From: Vicinamibacterales bacterium
GTDB lineage: Bacteria > Acidobacteriota > Vicinamibacteria > Vicinamibacterales > UBA2999
Direction: 5' to 3'
Length of the DNA stretch: 64,000 nt
Assembly (NCBI GenBank): GCA_035495795.1
Contig: DATJFF010000252.1
Coordinates: 4,745-68,744, forward strand
Part shown: in pieces, positions 7,692 to 16,544 of the stretch
Layout of the letters: every line of letters starts with the position of its first letter
Numbering within the stretch: the stretch's first letter is position 1
Translations under genes and position numbers: made by a program
Notes under the pieces: generated by a model
Databases searched by the model: none
Told to the model about the DNA's origin: nothing
The model's input: only the letters and a program-made list of their open reading frames with translations

Positions 7692-8708
7692 GTGCTCGAA
7701 GACCGCATCCGTACGTCCGTGGACCAGGCCGTCCAGGCGCTGGTATCGGATCTGCTGTCCATCCACACCGACGCAACTGCCCGTCAGCTCGACGAGGCTG
7801 CGGAACGCCTCCGCGAAAGCGAGCGGGGCCGCGCCGAGCTGGAACAGAAACTCGCCGAGGCCGACGGGGCACGCGAAGCTGCCATCGACGAAGCGGTGCG
7901 TGCCGCGGTCGAGGGGGAGGCCGTGCGGCATGCGGCGCGCGTCGAAGACCAGATCCGAGCCTTGCATGAGCAGCATGCCGCGGCCATTGCGGCAATCCAG
8001 GGCGAGGCGGCGCGCCATACGGCTCAGGCCGGTGAGCAGATGCGTACCTTGCACGATGAGCACACCGCCGCCCTTGCCGCTGTCGAAGCCCGAGCCATAG
8101 CCGAGACGAAGGCGTCGATCGATGCCGCCCGGGTCGGCGAACGCGAGGCGGAGATGGCTGGCTTCACGCGTCTGGTCGAGAGCGTCCGTGGGCTCGACGG
8201 CGCAACATCGCTCAGCGAGGTGCTCGACGCGCTGGCGCTGGCCGCGGCGCGGGAAGCGGCTCGAGCCGCCGTCGTGGTGGTGAAAGGCGACCACATCGTG
8301 GGGTGGCGGCTGTCGGGTTTCGGCGCGCGAGACGCCCAACCGAAATCCGTCGATCTGCCGCTGGTCGAGGCTGGCGTGATCGGCGCGGCCGCCTCGTCGT
8401 CTCGCCCGGCAACGACCCAGAGCGGCGCGGACGGTCCCGGATTCGAGCATCTGCCCGAGGACCGGATGGGGCTGGCCATGCCCGTGCTGGTCGGCGGCCG
8501 GGTCGTGGCAGTCGTCTACGCCGACGGCGTGAGCGGCGGCGAGCAGGATCACATCGTGCCGAACCCGTGGCCCGAGGCGATCGAAGTGCTGGCCCGGCAC
8601 GCCGGCCGATGCCTCGAGGCCTTGACCGCCCAGAGAGTGGCGGCGCCGGCGCGGTCGAGTGCCCAGTCCGGAGTGGTAACCCCCGCCCCGTCCGGAGCCG
8701 TGGGATGA
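7692..8708 (+). CDS. hypothetical coiled-coil protein with GAF-like C-terminal half
   Basis: Long ORF with a tandem ~29-aa internal repeat (GEAVRHAARVEDQIRALHEQHAAAIAA / GEAARHTAQAGEQMRTLHDEHTAALAA). Its stop overlaps the slt start (ATGA). Confidence 0.55.
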   Translation: MLEDRIRTSVDQAVQALVSDLLSIHTDATARQLDEAAERLRESERGRAELEQKLAEADGAREAAIDEAVRAAVEGEAVRHAARVEDQIRALHEQHAAAIAAIQGEAARHTAQAGEQMRTLHDEHTAALAAVEARAIAETKASIDAARVGEREAEMAGFTRLVESVRGLDGATSLSEVLDALALAAAREAARAAVVVVKGDHIVGWRLSGFGARDAQPKSVDLPLVEAGVIGAAASSSRPATTQSGADGPGFEHLPEDRMGLAMPVLVGGRVVAVVYADGVSGGEQDHIVPNPWPEAIEVLARHAGRCLEALTAQRVAAPARSSAQSGVVTPAPSGAVG

Positions 8709-10879
8709 ACTGGCGCGCGGCAGTAGCCGCCGCGGCTGGAATCGTTGCCGGCGTGCTGCTCGCCGCACCGCGTCCGTCCGCCCAGACAATTGCCGTTTCC
8801 GCGAACGGCGCGCCGACCCCTCGCCTCGAGCCCACGGCGCACGCACCCGTTCCGTCAGACCTGAACGCGTTCTGGTTTGCGCCAGCCAGGGGCGCAACGC
8901 TGTCTCCCGCACTCACCGGGTTCGTGAAGGGCGTTCGATTGCTCGATGAGGAGAACAAGCCCGAGCTCGCACTGCCGCTCTTCAACCAGAAGGCGCTCGC
9001 CTCCACCTCGGTCGCGGAATACGCGCGGTTCTACACCGCGAAGGCCCAGCTGGCGCTCCACCGTTACGCCGAGGCGGAGGCCGCGTTTGCGGCGCTGGCC
9101 GGCAGCAACATCCAGGGGCATCTTCCCGAGGACGCGGCTCTCGGAGAAGCCGAATCCAAAGAGGCGCAGCTCGATTTCGCCGGCGCGGTGGCCGTGTACG
9201 AACGGCTGGTGCAGCGCAAGCTGGCCGCCCCGCAAGTCGCGCTCTGGCGTCTCGCGGTGGCCGCGCAGCGCAACGGCGATCAACCGAAAGCCGTCGCCGC
9301 GTATCGCCGGGTGTATTTCGAGTATCCCCTGTCCCCTGAGGCGAGCCAGTCCGAAGACGCGCTGACGAAGCTGAACGCCTGGAACGAGGACGAACCGGAC
9401 GTCGCGGTCGAACTGAAGCGGGCCGACGCCCTCTTCCAGGCGCGTCGGTGGAATGACGCCCGCGCGTCCTATGAGCGCGCTCGTCATGCCGCCAGCGGCG
9501 CGGAGCGCGATCGCGTCGACGTGCGGATGTCGGCGTGCGACGTTCAGATGAAGCGCTTCCGGCCGGCCCTCGAACCGCTGAAAGGGCAGCGGGCCGGCGC
9601 CTACGGTGAGGAAGCCGCGTTCTTCTACCTGAGCGCCCTGCGCGGCACGGGCGAAAAAGCGGACTACGAGCGCGAGGCCCGGATCTTCGCCGACAGCCAT
9701 CGTGAAAGCCCGTACGCCGAGGACGCGCTCAACAACCTCGCATCGCATTTTATCGTGGCCGACGAGGACGAACACGCCGAAGAGGTGTTCCGCCTCCTGC
9801 TCGAGCGTTATCCGGCCGGCCGCTTCGCCGAGCGGGCCTACTGGCGGGTTGGCTGGTGGGCGTACCGCGACGGTCAATTCCAGGAGGCGGCCACGCTGTT
9901 CGACCGTGGCGCGGCACAGTTCCCGCGATCCGACTATCGCCCCTCGTGGCTGTACTGGAGCGGCCGCGCCTGGCAGGGTGCCGGGCAGCGCGCGCTGGCC
10001 GACGAACGCCTCGTGCTCACCGCGACCGACTACTACAACAGCTATTACGGGCGACTCGCCCGCCAGCACCTGAGCGCCGGCCGCGTGCAGGCGATCGGCA
10101 CAGCCGTCACCCGCGCGGCGGCACCGGAAACCACGTCGTTCCCGACCGGGACGCGTGTCGCGGAACTGATTGCGGTCGGACTCCATCGGGAGGCCCTGAA
10201 CGAACTGCAATACGCGCAACGGATCTGGGGCGACTCGCCGCAGCTGACTGCGACGATCGCGCTCGTGCACAACCGGCTGGGCAACCTGCGGCTCGGGATC
10301 AACGCGATGAAGCGCGCGTATCCGCAGTGGATGGCAGCCGGCGGCGAGACGCTGCCGGTCGAGATTCAGCGGGTCGTTTTCCCGATCGACTACTGGCCGC
10401 TCATCCAGAAGCACGCCGCCGCCCACGGGCTGGACCCCTTTCTGATCGCGGCGCTCGTCGCCCAGGAATCGACGTTCGATCCCGTCATCCGCTCCTCGGC
10501 AAACGCGGTCGGGCTGATGCAGGTGCTGCCCTCGACCGGACGGCAGTTCGCCCGCAAAATGAAGATTCCGCGCTACACGCCGTCGCGCCTGACGGATCCG
10601 GAGACGAACGTCCGGCTCGGCACCGCCATCTTCGCGGACAGCATCAAGCGGTTCGGCGGGGTTCATTTCGCGCTGGCGGCCTACAACGCCGGTGATCATC
10701 GGGTAGCGGCGTGGCTGCGCGAACGTCAGGGGATGGACCAGGACGTTTTCATCGATGACATCCCATTCCCCGAAACGCAGAACTACGTGAGGCGGATCCT
10801 CGGGACGGCCGAAGACTACCGTCGCCTGTACGGGTCGACCGCGCAGAAGCCGCAACCGGCGCGGACCGAAGGGCGCTGA
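8705..10879 (+). CDS. slt: soluble lytic murein transglycosylase (Slt70-like, TPR/superhelical N-domain + SLT domain)
   Basis: Signal peptide MNWRAAVAAAAGIVAGVLLAAP. C-terminal SLT motifs ALVAQESTFDP, GLMQVLPSTG, AYNAG. The track ORF 8303.. has a spurious N-extension. Confidence 0.85.
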   Translation: MNWRAAVAAAAGIVAGVLLAAPRPSAQTIAVSANGAPTPRLEPTAHAPVPSDLNAFWFAPARGATLSPALTGFVKGVRLLDEENKPELALPLFNQKALASTSVAEYARFYTAKAQLALHRYAEAEAAFAALAGSNIQGHLPEDAALGEAESKEAQLDFAGAVAVYERLVQRKLAAPQVALWRLAVAAQRNGDQPKAVAAYRRVYFEYPLSPEASQSEDALTKLNAWNEDEPDVAVELKRADALFQARRWNDARASYERARHAASGAERDRVDVRMSACDVQMKRFRPALEPLKGQRAGAYGEEAAFFYLSALRGTGEKADYEREARIFADSHRESPYAEDALNNLASHFIVADEDEHAEEVFRLLLERYPAGRFAERAYWRVGWWAYRDGQFQEAATLFDRGAAQFPRSDYRPSWLYWSGRAWQGAGQRALADERLVLTATDYYNSYYGRLARQHLSAGRVQAIGTAVTRAAAPETTSFPTGTRVAELIAVGLHREALNELQYAQRIWGDSPQLTATIALVHNRLGNLRLGINAMKRAYPQWMAAGGETLPVEIQRVVFPIDYWPLIQKHAAAHGLDPFLIAALVAQESTFDPVIRSSANAVGLMQVLPSTGRQFARKMKIPRYTPSRLTDPETNVRLGTAIFADSIKRFGGVHFALAAYNAGDHRVAAWLRERQGMDQDVFIDDIPFPETQNYVRRILGTAEDYRRLYGSTAQKPQPARTEGR

Positions 10880-10900
10880 ACGGGCGGGACGTCAAGTCAA

Positions 10901-10942
10901 GGCAGAAGGCAGAAGGCAAAAGGCAAAAGGCAAAAGCAGAAA
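10901..10942. repeat. GGCARAA heptamer tandem array (about 6 units)
   Basis: GGCAGAA GGCAGAA GGCAAAA GGCAAAA GGCAAAA GCAGAAA, between convergent genes. Ends at the stop codon at 10943. Confidence 0.9.
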
Positions 10943-12541
10943 TCAGCGGCGCAGTGTGTACAGCCGGAGGCCTGCGTCGTCGCCCACGCGCTCGAGTTCT
11001 GGCGACTGCTCGATGGCCTCGACTTGTTCCGCTGGCCAGTCCTTCGTGTGCACCATCACGTGAGTGACGCCAACCGCCCGCATCTCTTCGAGCACTGCGG
11101 CTGACGGGAATGCACGCCACCTGGCAGCGCGCTCCCTGGATGCGGCGCTCTCGAACCCGCTATAGCCGTTCACGAGCGGCCGAAAGTGGTGCGTGGCCGC
11201 GACCATGTAGCGCGCGTTTTCGCTCACCGACGGTCCGCCGTAGAGAGGTATCTCCACGAGAACGGCGACGTCCGCTCGACGCAACCCGTCGTAGATTGCG
11301 GGAGTAACCGGTACGCCCGCGAACCCCATTGGCGTCCGGAGCGCCTCAAGGGTGGGAACGGCCAGAAGGATCAGGGCCGCCGCCGGCCAGTAGGTACTGC
11401 GGTCCCATCGCCGTTGCAGCGCCGCCGTCGTGTAGCCGGCGATGATGGCAATCGCCATCAGCGGCAGCACTCCCCAGCGGGCCGCCCCGCGAAGGCCGGT
11501 GAAGAGCGGTACGTGCTCGTGGATCCAGGCATAGCCCGGCATCGCCGGTCCGAACGACAGCGCGAGCCCGATCAGACCGGCGGCTCCACTCATCCACACC
11601 CGCCGATCGCGGCGAACCTCGGGGAACGCGATCGCCGCACAGGCCAGAAGCGTTGCCGCGATCCCGGGGAACAGCGCCGTCCGCCCCTCGAACCAGCGAT
11701 GACTCCACAGCGCGTAGTGAAATCGCCCGCCGGTCGCGAGGTAGTCGGCCCAGGTGGCGGAGTAGAGCGCGACTTCATCGAGCGGCCGGTTCAGCCCCTG
11801 CTCGCGGCTGACGATGTAGTACGGCCAGAGAAAAGGGATGAGCAGGGCGATCGATACAAGGGCCGCGGCACTCAGCGCGGCAATGGTGTGCGGGCGCGGC
11901 GGCCAGAGCCACTCGCCGGCGCGGACCGCGGCGCCGGTCAGGAGCGCGACGCTCATGAACACCAGCGTGTAGTTGGAGCAGAGCGCCTGGAGGACGAACG
12001 CAGACGCCAGCAGCACAGTTGCGCGGCGCCCGCCGCTGCCTCTTATCAGCCGGTCCAGCGCCAACAGCGCCAGTGGAAAGAACTCGAGGTGCAGTGCCTG
12101 CAGGTGCACGAGCCGGGTCAGCAGGTGCGCGTTGAACGCGTACAGCATCCCCGCGATCACCCCGCCAAGCGTGCTGCCCGTCCATCCGGTCATGACCAGC
12201 GCCATCGCCCACCCCGAGAGGGCGAACCCGGCCAGCACGAGGATGTTGTAAACGGTGATCGGCGAGACTCCGGCCCACATCAACGGCGCGCCCATCATCG
12301 ACGGGACCAGCATGTGCTCCGAATAGGCCAGCGTGTGGTGCTCGGGGAAGAAGATCGGCGCTTCGAACAGCGCGAGCGGGTTCCTGGGGACGATGTGCGC
12401 GACCCACGAGATGACGAACACGTTCAACCCGCCATCATCGTTGTCGAGCCGCGAGAGGCCCGAGAGGTCGCCCGCCAACGGCCACGTGTGCAGGACGGCC
12501 AGGCCGCCGAAGAGTACGAGCAGCAGGAGGCCGCGGCGCAT
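10943..12541 (-). CDS. GT-C-fold (ArnT/PMT-like) integral membrane glycosyltransferase-like protein, paralog 1
   Basis: Multi-TM. First-loop acidic motif LDNDDG. Shares AFSE, YAFNAH, HLQ, PLVNGYSGF blocks with the two upstream paralogs. Confidence 0.65.
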   Translation of the reverse strand: MRRGLLLLVLFGGLAVLHTWPLAGDLSGLSRLDNDDGGLNVFVISWVAHIVPRNPLALFEAPIFFPEHHTLAYSEHMLVPSMMGAPLMWAGVSPITVYNILVLAGFALSGWAMALVMTGWTGSTLGGVIAGMLYAFNAHLLTRLVHLQALHLEFFPLALLALDRLIRGSGGRRATVLLASAFVLQALCSNYTLVFMSVALLTGAAVRAGEWLWPPRPHTIAALSAAALVSIALLIPFLWPYYIVSREQGLNRPLDEVALYSATWADYLATGGRFHYALWSHRWFEGRTALFPGIAATLLACAAIAFPEVRRDRRVWMSGAAGLIGLALSFGPAMPGYAWIHEHVPLFTGLRGAARWGVLPLMAIAIIAGYTTAALQRRWDRSTYWPAAALILLAVPTLEALRTPMGFAGVPVTPAIYDGLRRADVAVLVEIPLYGGPSVSENARYMVAATHHFRPLVNGYSGFESAASRERAARWRAFPSAAVLEEMRAVGVTHVMVHTKDWPAEQVEAIEQSPELERVGDDAGLRLYTLRR

Positions 12542-14142
12542 CAGCGCCCTCCAAACGTCAGGCTGTAGAGCACTTCGTCGCCTTCGTCGGAGACGAGCGC
12601 GATCTCCGGCGACTCCGCGCAGAGCTTCAGGAGCTCGGGGGCGACGCGCCGCTTGTGCAGCAGCACGTGCGAGACGCCGATGGCGCGGAGCGACCGCACG
12701 CTGTCGGGCGCGGGGAAGAGGCGCATCACCGCTTCGTGAGTCGAGTAGCTGGCCGGCGTGAACCCGCTATAGCCATTCAGCAGCGGCTTGAGGTGCCACG
12801 CCGAATAGAGCACGCTCGGCCCGTTGTCCTGGATCGATGCCCGGGGCGGAAACGGGATCTCGGCCAGCACGATATCGGGCATCGCCGCGATCCGGTCGTA
12901 GATCTTCGGTATCCCTTCATAGACCGTGAAGCCCATGGGGGCCCGGAGGGCCTCGATCGTGACCGCCGCGCTCAGTGCGGTCGCCAGGACCGCCGCTTTG
13001 CCGGGGGCGAGCCTGCTTGTCCACGCTGAAACGGTAAAACCCGCCAGGATCGGCAGCGCGAACAGCGTCAGCCAGCCGAAGCGCGAGACCGCGCGGATCC
13101 CCTGCAGCAGCGACACGTGGTCGTACAGCCAGCGATATCCAGGCAGGTTGACGCCAAAGGCGAGCGCCAGGCCAGCGACACCGATGGTGAGCGCCATCCG
13201 CGCGCGAGGATTGCGCCAGGCGATGCCTCTGACGATCGCAATCAAGGCGAGCATTGAGACGGTCACGCCGGGGAAGAGCGACGACGAGGCATCCGGTACG
13301 TAGCGGTGGCTCCACCATTCGTAGTGCAGGCGCCCGCCGGTGGAGAGCCAGTCGCGCCACGTCGCGGAGTACATCCCCACTTCGTCGAAACCGCGCACCA
13401 ACCCCTGGCGGGTGTGCACCAGCCAGTACTGATAGAGGAACGGCGCCAGCACCACTGCCGACGCCGCGGCGGCACCAAGCACGGCGAGCAGCTGACGCGC
13501 TCGCCAGGCGTCGGGACGGACCGCGACGGCAGCGATCATCGCGATGGCCGCCATCACCAGCAGGTAGTTGGATGTGAGGGCCTGGGCGGCCAGGGTGAGC
13601 GCCAGGATGCCTGCCCAACGGCGGCCTGGCGTCTCGATCGTCCGGTCCAGGGCGTAGAGTGCCAGCGGAAGGTACTGCACGTGCTGCGCCTGGAGGTGAC
13701 CGAAACGGACGAGGGTATGGGCGTTGAAGGCATAGGCGAGGCCGGCGACAATCCCGGCCGCCCGGCTCCCGGTCCACTCCGACACCACCCACGACATCGC
13801 GACGCCGCTCAACGCGAATCCGGCGAGAACCAGCAGGTTGTAGACGACGACCGGATCGATGCCGCTCCAGGTCAGCGGCGCGCCCATCAGCGCCTGCGGC
13901 AGCATGATTTCCGAGAACGCCAGGGTGCGCGGCTCGGGGAAGAAGATGTTGGCGTGAAAGAGGTTGAGCGGATCGCGGAGCGCCGTGATCCCGACCCAGG
14001 CGATGGCCCACGTATTCAGTGCGGTATCGGCGTTGTCCACCCGGGCCCACGTGCCTGGCGCCGATGCCAGCGGCCAGGTGTGCAGGACCGCGGCGGCAAC
14101 GAAGAGCGCTAATTCGGAAAGCCGACGATCTCGAACAGCCAC
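12541..14142 (-). CDS. GT-C-fold membrane glycosyltransferase-like protein, paralog 2
   Basis: C-terminal 533 codons of the 1121-aa track ORF. GTG start gives MAVRDRRLSELALFVAAAVLHTWPLA, parallel to the paralog 1 N-terminus. Motifs VDNAD and PLLNGYSGF. TGATG overlap with paralog 1. Confidence 0.6.
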   Translation of the reverse strand: MAVRDRRLSELALFVAAAVLHTWPLASAPGTWARVDNADTALNTWAIAWVGITALRDPLNLFHANIFFPEPRTLAFSEIMLPQALMGAPLTWSGIDPVVVYNLLVLAGFALSGVAMSWVVSEWTGSRAAGIVAGLAYAFNAHTLVRFGHLQAQHVQYLPLALYALDRTIETPGRRWAGILALTLAAQALTSNYLLVMAAIAMIAAVAVRPDAWRARQLLAVLGAAAASAVVLAPFLYQYWLVHTRQGLVRGFDEVGMYSATWRDWLSTGGRLHYEWWSHRYVPDASSSLFPGVTVSMLALIAIVRGIAWRNPRARMALTIGVAGLALAFGVNLPGYRWLYDHVSLLQGIRAVSRFGWLTLFALPILAGFTVSAWTSRLAPGKAAVLATALSAAVTIEALRAPMGFTVYEGIPKIYDRIAAMPDIVLAEIPFPPRASIQDNGPSVLYSAWHLKPLLNGYSGFTPASYSTHEAVMRLFPAPDSVRSLRAIGVSHVLLHKRRVAPELLKLCAESPEIALVSDEGDEVLYSLTFGGR

Positions 14143-15743
14143 ACGTCGCCTTCCTGGACGAGCGGACGAAGATACGCGCGATAGGTGTCGAGACGCTCGA
14201 TGAGCCGCTGTCGCGAGCGCGAGTCGTAGAGGTTCAGGTGGAACATCACGTAGCGCGCGCCGACCTTGCCGAGAATCTGGAACGACTCGCGGGTCGGAAA
14301 CGAGCTGAGCGGGCGGACCTGGTCGCGGAACTCCTGCGGGATGTGGTCGCTGTAGCCGTTGACGAGCGGCATCCAGTGCGTCGCCGAGTTGAGCATGTAG
14401 TAGGCGTGTCGCGGAAAGTCGCTGCGCAGGTAGAAATACGGAAACTCCGCGACCGCCCCGGGCGGCTGCACCGCCAGCGTGCGATATGCATCGGCGAACG
14501 GCTCGACCGGCCGGAACGCGGTGAGCGGCGCCTGGAGCAGCTCCGCCGCCGCCAGGAGCGCGATCGCGGCCGTCCACGCGGCGCGGTTCCTGCGGCCCGC
14601 GAGCCAGCCTTTCAGCGCGACCGCCGCAAACACCGCGAGGCAGAGGACCACGACAATGCCGATGCGTCCTGGGGCGCGGAGAAAGGTGAATATCGGGATG
14701 GTGCGATAGAACAGCGTATACAGGCCGGCGTCGGGCCCGAATGAGAGCCACACCGACAACAGCGCTGTGAGTCCGTAGATGAGTGCCAGCTCGCGGGAGG
14801 CGGCCTGCCGCCATGCCAGCGCAAGGCCGGCGATCCCCAGGCCGAGCGCGACGACACCGGGAAACAGCACTTCGTTGAAGGGCTCGATCCATGGCAGCCA
14901 CCAGCGATGCGCCCAGGCCGCCGAAGCCAGCCAGGCACCGACATCCGCCGAATACATCCGCGCGTCGTCGAGCGTCCGCGCGAATCCGGCGTCCTTCTGG
15001 ACACTCAGATACGGCAGGAAGAACGGCACCGTCAGCGCGATGGAGACGAACGCGGCGAGCGCGATTCCGATCCAGTAATCGCGATCGCGCCAGCGGTGGC
15101 GCGTGGCGGCAACCACCAGCGTCGCCAGGCCGACCATCAAGCCGGCGAAGATGCCGTAGTAGGCGCACGCGAGCGCCTGCAGCCAGAGCGCGACACCGAG
15201 GGTGAGCGCACGCGATGCGGTCGGCCGATCCGCCAGGCGATGGAACGCGAGGAGGCAAAACGGAAGGCCGCCGGTGTAGAGCAGCTGGATGTGCGCGGTC
15301 CGCGCGAAGGTGAACGGGCTGAAGGCGTAGAGGATGGCGGCGACGATTGCGGCGCCGCGGCTGCCGGTGAGATACCGGGCGAGGTAGTACGCACCGACGA
15401 AGGCGATCACAAACGAGACGAACGCCGCGAAGTTGTGCGTCGCGTAGGGGTTCTTCGTCGCGGCCCAGACCGGCGCCGCAATCGCGCCTTCGACGAGATT
15501 GGCTTCTGAGAAGGCGAGCGCGTTGCGCTGCGGATAGAAGATGTTGGCCTGGTAGACGCCGGCAGGGTCGGTGGTCAACGCGTGGGCGACCCACGACACC
15601 ACCCAGATGCTCCACCGGCCGTCGTCGGTGTTGACTCGTCCGATGCGATCGAACTGGAACGCCAGGGGATAGGTGAGGACGGCGGTGAGGGCCACGGCGC
15701 CGAGCACGACTGCCGTGCCCTCGGCGAGTCCCCGAGAGCGCAT
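14109..15743 (-). CDS. GT-C-fold membrane glycosyltransferase-like protein, paralog 3
   Basis: Multi-TM. Motifs VNTDDG and PLVNGYSDH. Same block order as paralogs 1 and 2. Confidence 0.65.
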   Translation of the reverse strand: MRSRGLAEGTAVVLGAVALTAVLTYPLAFQFDRIGRVNTDDGRWSIWVVSWVAHALTTDPAGVYQANIFYPQRNALAFSEANLVEGAIAAPVWAATKNPYATHNFAAFVSFVIAFVGAYYLARYLTGSRGAAIVAAILYAFSPFTFARTAHIQLLYTGGLPFCLLAFHRLADRPTASRALTLGVALWLQALACAYYGIFAGLMVGLATLVVAATRHRWRDRDYWIGIALAAFVSIALTVPFFLPYLSVQKDAGFARTLDDARMYSADVGAWLASAAWAHRWWLPWIEPFNEVLFPGVVALGLGIAGLALAWRQAASRELALIYGLTALLSVWLSFGPDAGLYTLFYRTIPIFTFLRAPGRIGIVVVLCLAVFAAVALKGWLAGRRNRAAWTAAIALLAAAELLQAPLTAFRPVEPFADAYRTLAVQPPGAVAEFPYFYLRSDFPRHAYYMLNSATHWMPLVNGYSDHIPQEFRDQVRPLSSFPTRESFQILGKVGARYVMFHLNLYDSRSRQRLIERLDTYRAYLRPLVQEGDVWLFEIVGFPN

Positions 15744-15760
15744 GTCCGCCGTATGGTAGC

Positions 15761-16531
15761 ATGCTCGGTCGGCCTGCCTGCCGCATGGATCGCCTGCTCG
15801 AACTCACCGCGCTCGCGGAGCGCTCCCACTTCTGGTTTCGAGGGTTTCGCTGGTTCCTCCGTCCCGTGCTGGCCCGCGCCGTCGCCGGCCAGGCTCGGGC
15901 GCGCATCCTCGATTGCGGATGCGGTACTGGATCGAACCTCGCGATGCTCGATCCGTTCGGCGAGACCTACGGGTTCGACCTCACGTGGCGCGGGCTGCTC
16001 TTCGCTCACGAGCACGGCCGCCGCCGGATCGCGCAGGGCAGTATCGATGCGATCCCATTCAAGAGCGGCAGCTTCGATCTGGTGACATCGTTCGACGTGT
16101 TCCAGACGCTGCCCGACGCCATCGAACGATCGGCAATCGCGGAGATGGCGCGGGTGGTGAAGCCGGGCGGCGCCGCCGTCTTCAATTTCGCGGCGCTCGA
16201 ACTGCTTCGAGGCGGGCACTCCGTTCTGGCGGAAGAAGTGAGACGCTACACGCCTTCGCAGGTCCGCGGGCTGATGTCCGCGGCCGGACTGCGCGTCGAG
16301 TTCCTGACCTTCGCCTTTGCCAGCCTGTTTCCGTTGATGCTGGCCGCTCGGGTCGGGCACCGGCTTCGCCGGGGCGGCGAAGCGACAGTCGGCGAGTGGG
16401 AGATCGAAGTACCCGCCGCGCCTGTCAACGCGCTGCTGACCGGCGCGGTATGGGCCGAGGCGCAGGCAATGCGCGCGCTCCGGATGCCGATTGGTTCGTC
16501 GATAATTTGCCTCGCGCGGAAGCCGCAGTAG
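15761..16531 (+). CDS. class I SAM-dependent methyltransferase
   Basis: Motif I ILDCGCGTGSNL. Acidic motif II/post-I pattern, VKPGGAAVF. Confidence 0.8.
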   Translation: MLGRPACRMDRLLELTALAERSHFWFRGFRWFLRPVLARAVAGQARARILDCGCGTGSNLAMLDPFGETYGFDLTWRGLLFAHEHGRRRIAQGSIDAIPFKSGSFDLVTSFDVFQTLPDAIERSAIAEMARVVKPGGAAVFNFAALELLRGGHSVLAEEVRRYTPSQVRGLMSAAGLRVEFLTFAFASLFPLMLAARVGHRLRRGGEATVGEWEIEVPAAPVNALLTGAVWAEAQAMRALRMPIGSSIICLARKPQ

Positions 16532-16544
16532 CATCACGAGCGGC

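Noticed and set aside
7677-8912. Long antisense or alternative-frame ORFs throughout the window (e.g. 7677..8912-, 8855..10855-, 11186..12568+, 20557..22392-, 27073..28239+, 53425..55386-, 35069..36226-)
   Set aside because: These are typical shadow ORFs of high-GC DNA. They are Arg/Pro/Gly/Ala-rich with no motifs, and each overlaps a gene with clear family signatures on the other strand or frame.
10901-10942. Heptamer arrays as CRISPR arrays
   Set aside because: The period is 7 nt with no unique spacers, and no cas genes are present.
12541-15906. 1121-aa track ORF as one giant gene
   Set aside because: Its N-terminal 588 codons are Arg/Pro-rich read-through overlapping paralog 3 in another frame. 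Homology to paralogs 1 and 3 begins at the GTG at 14142.
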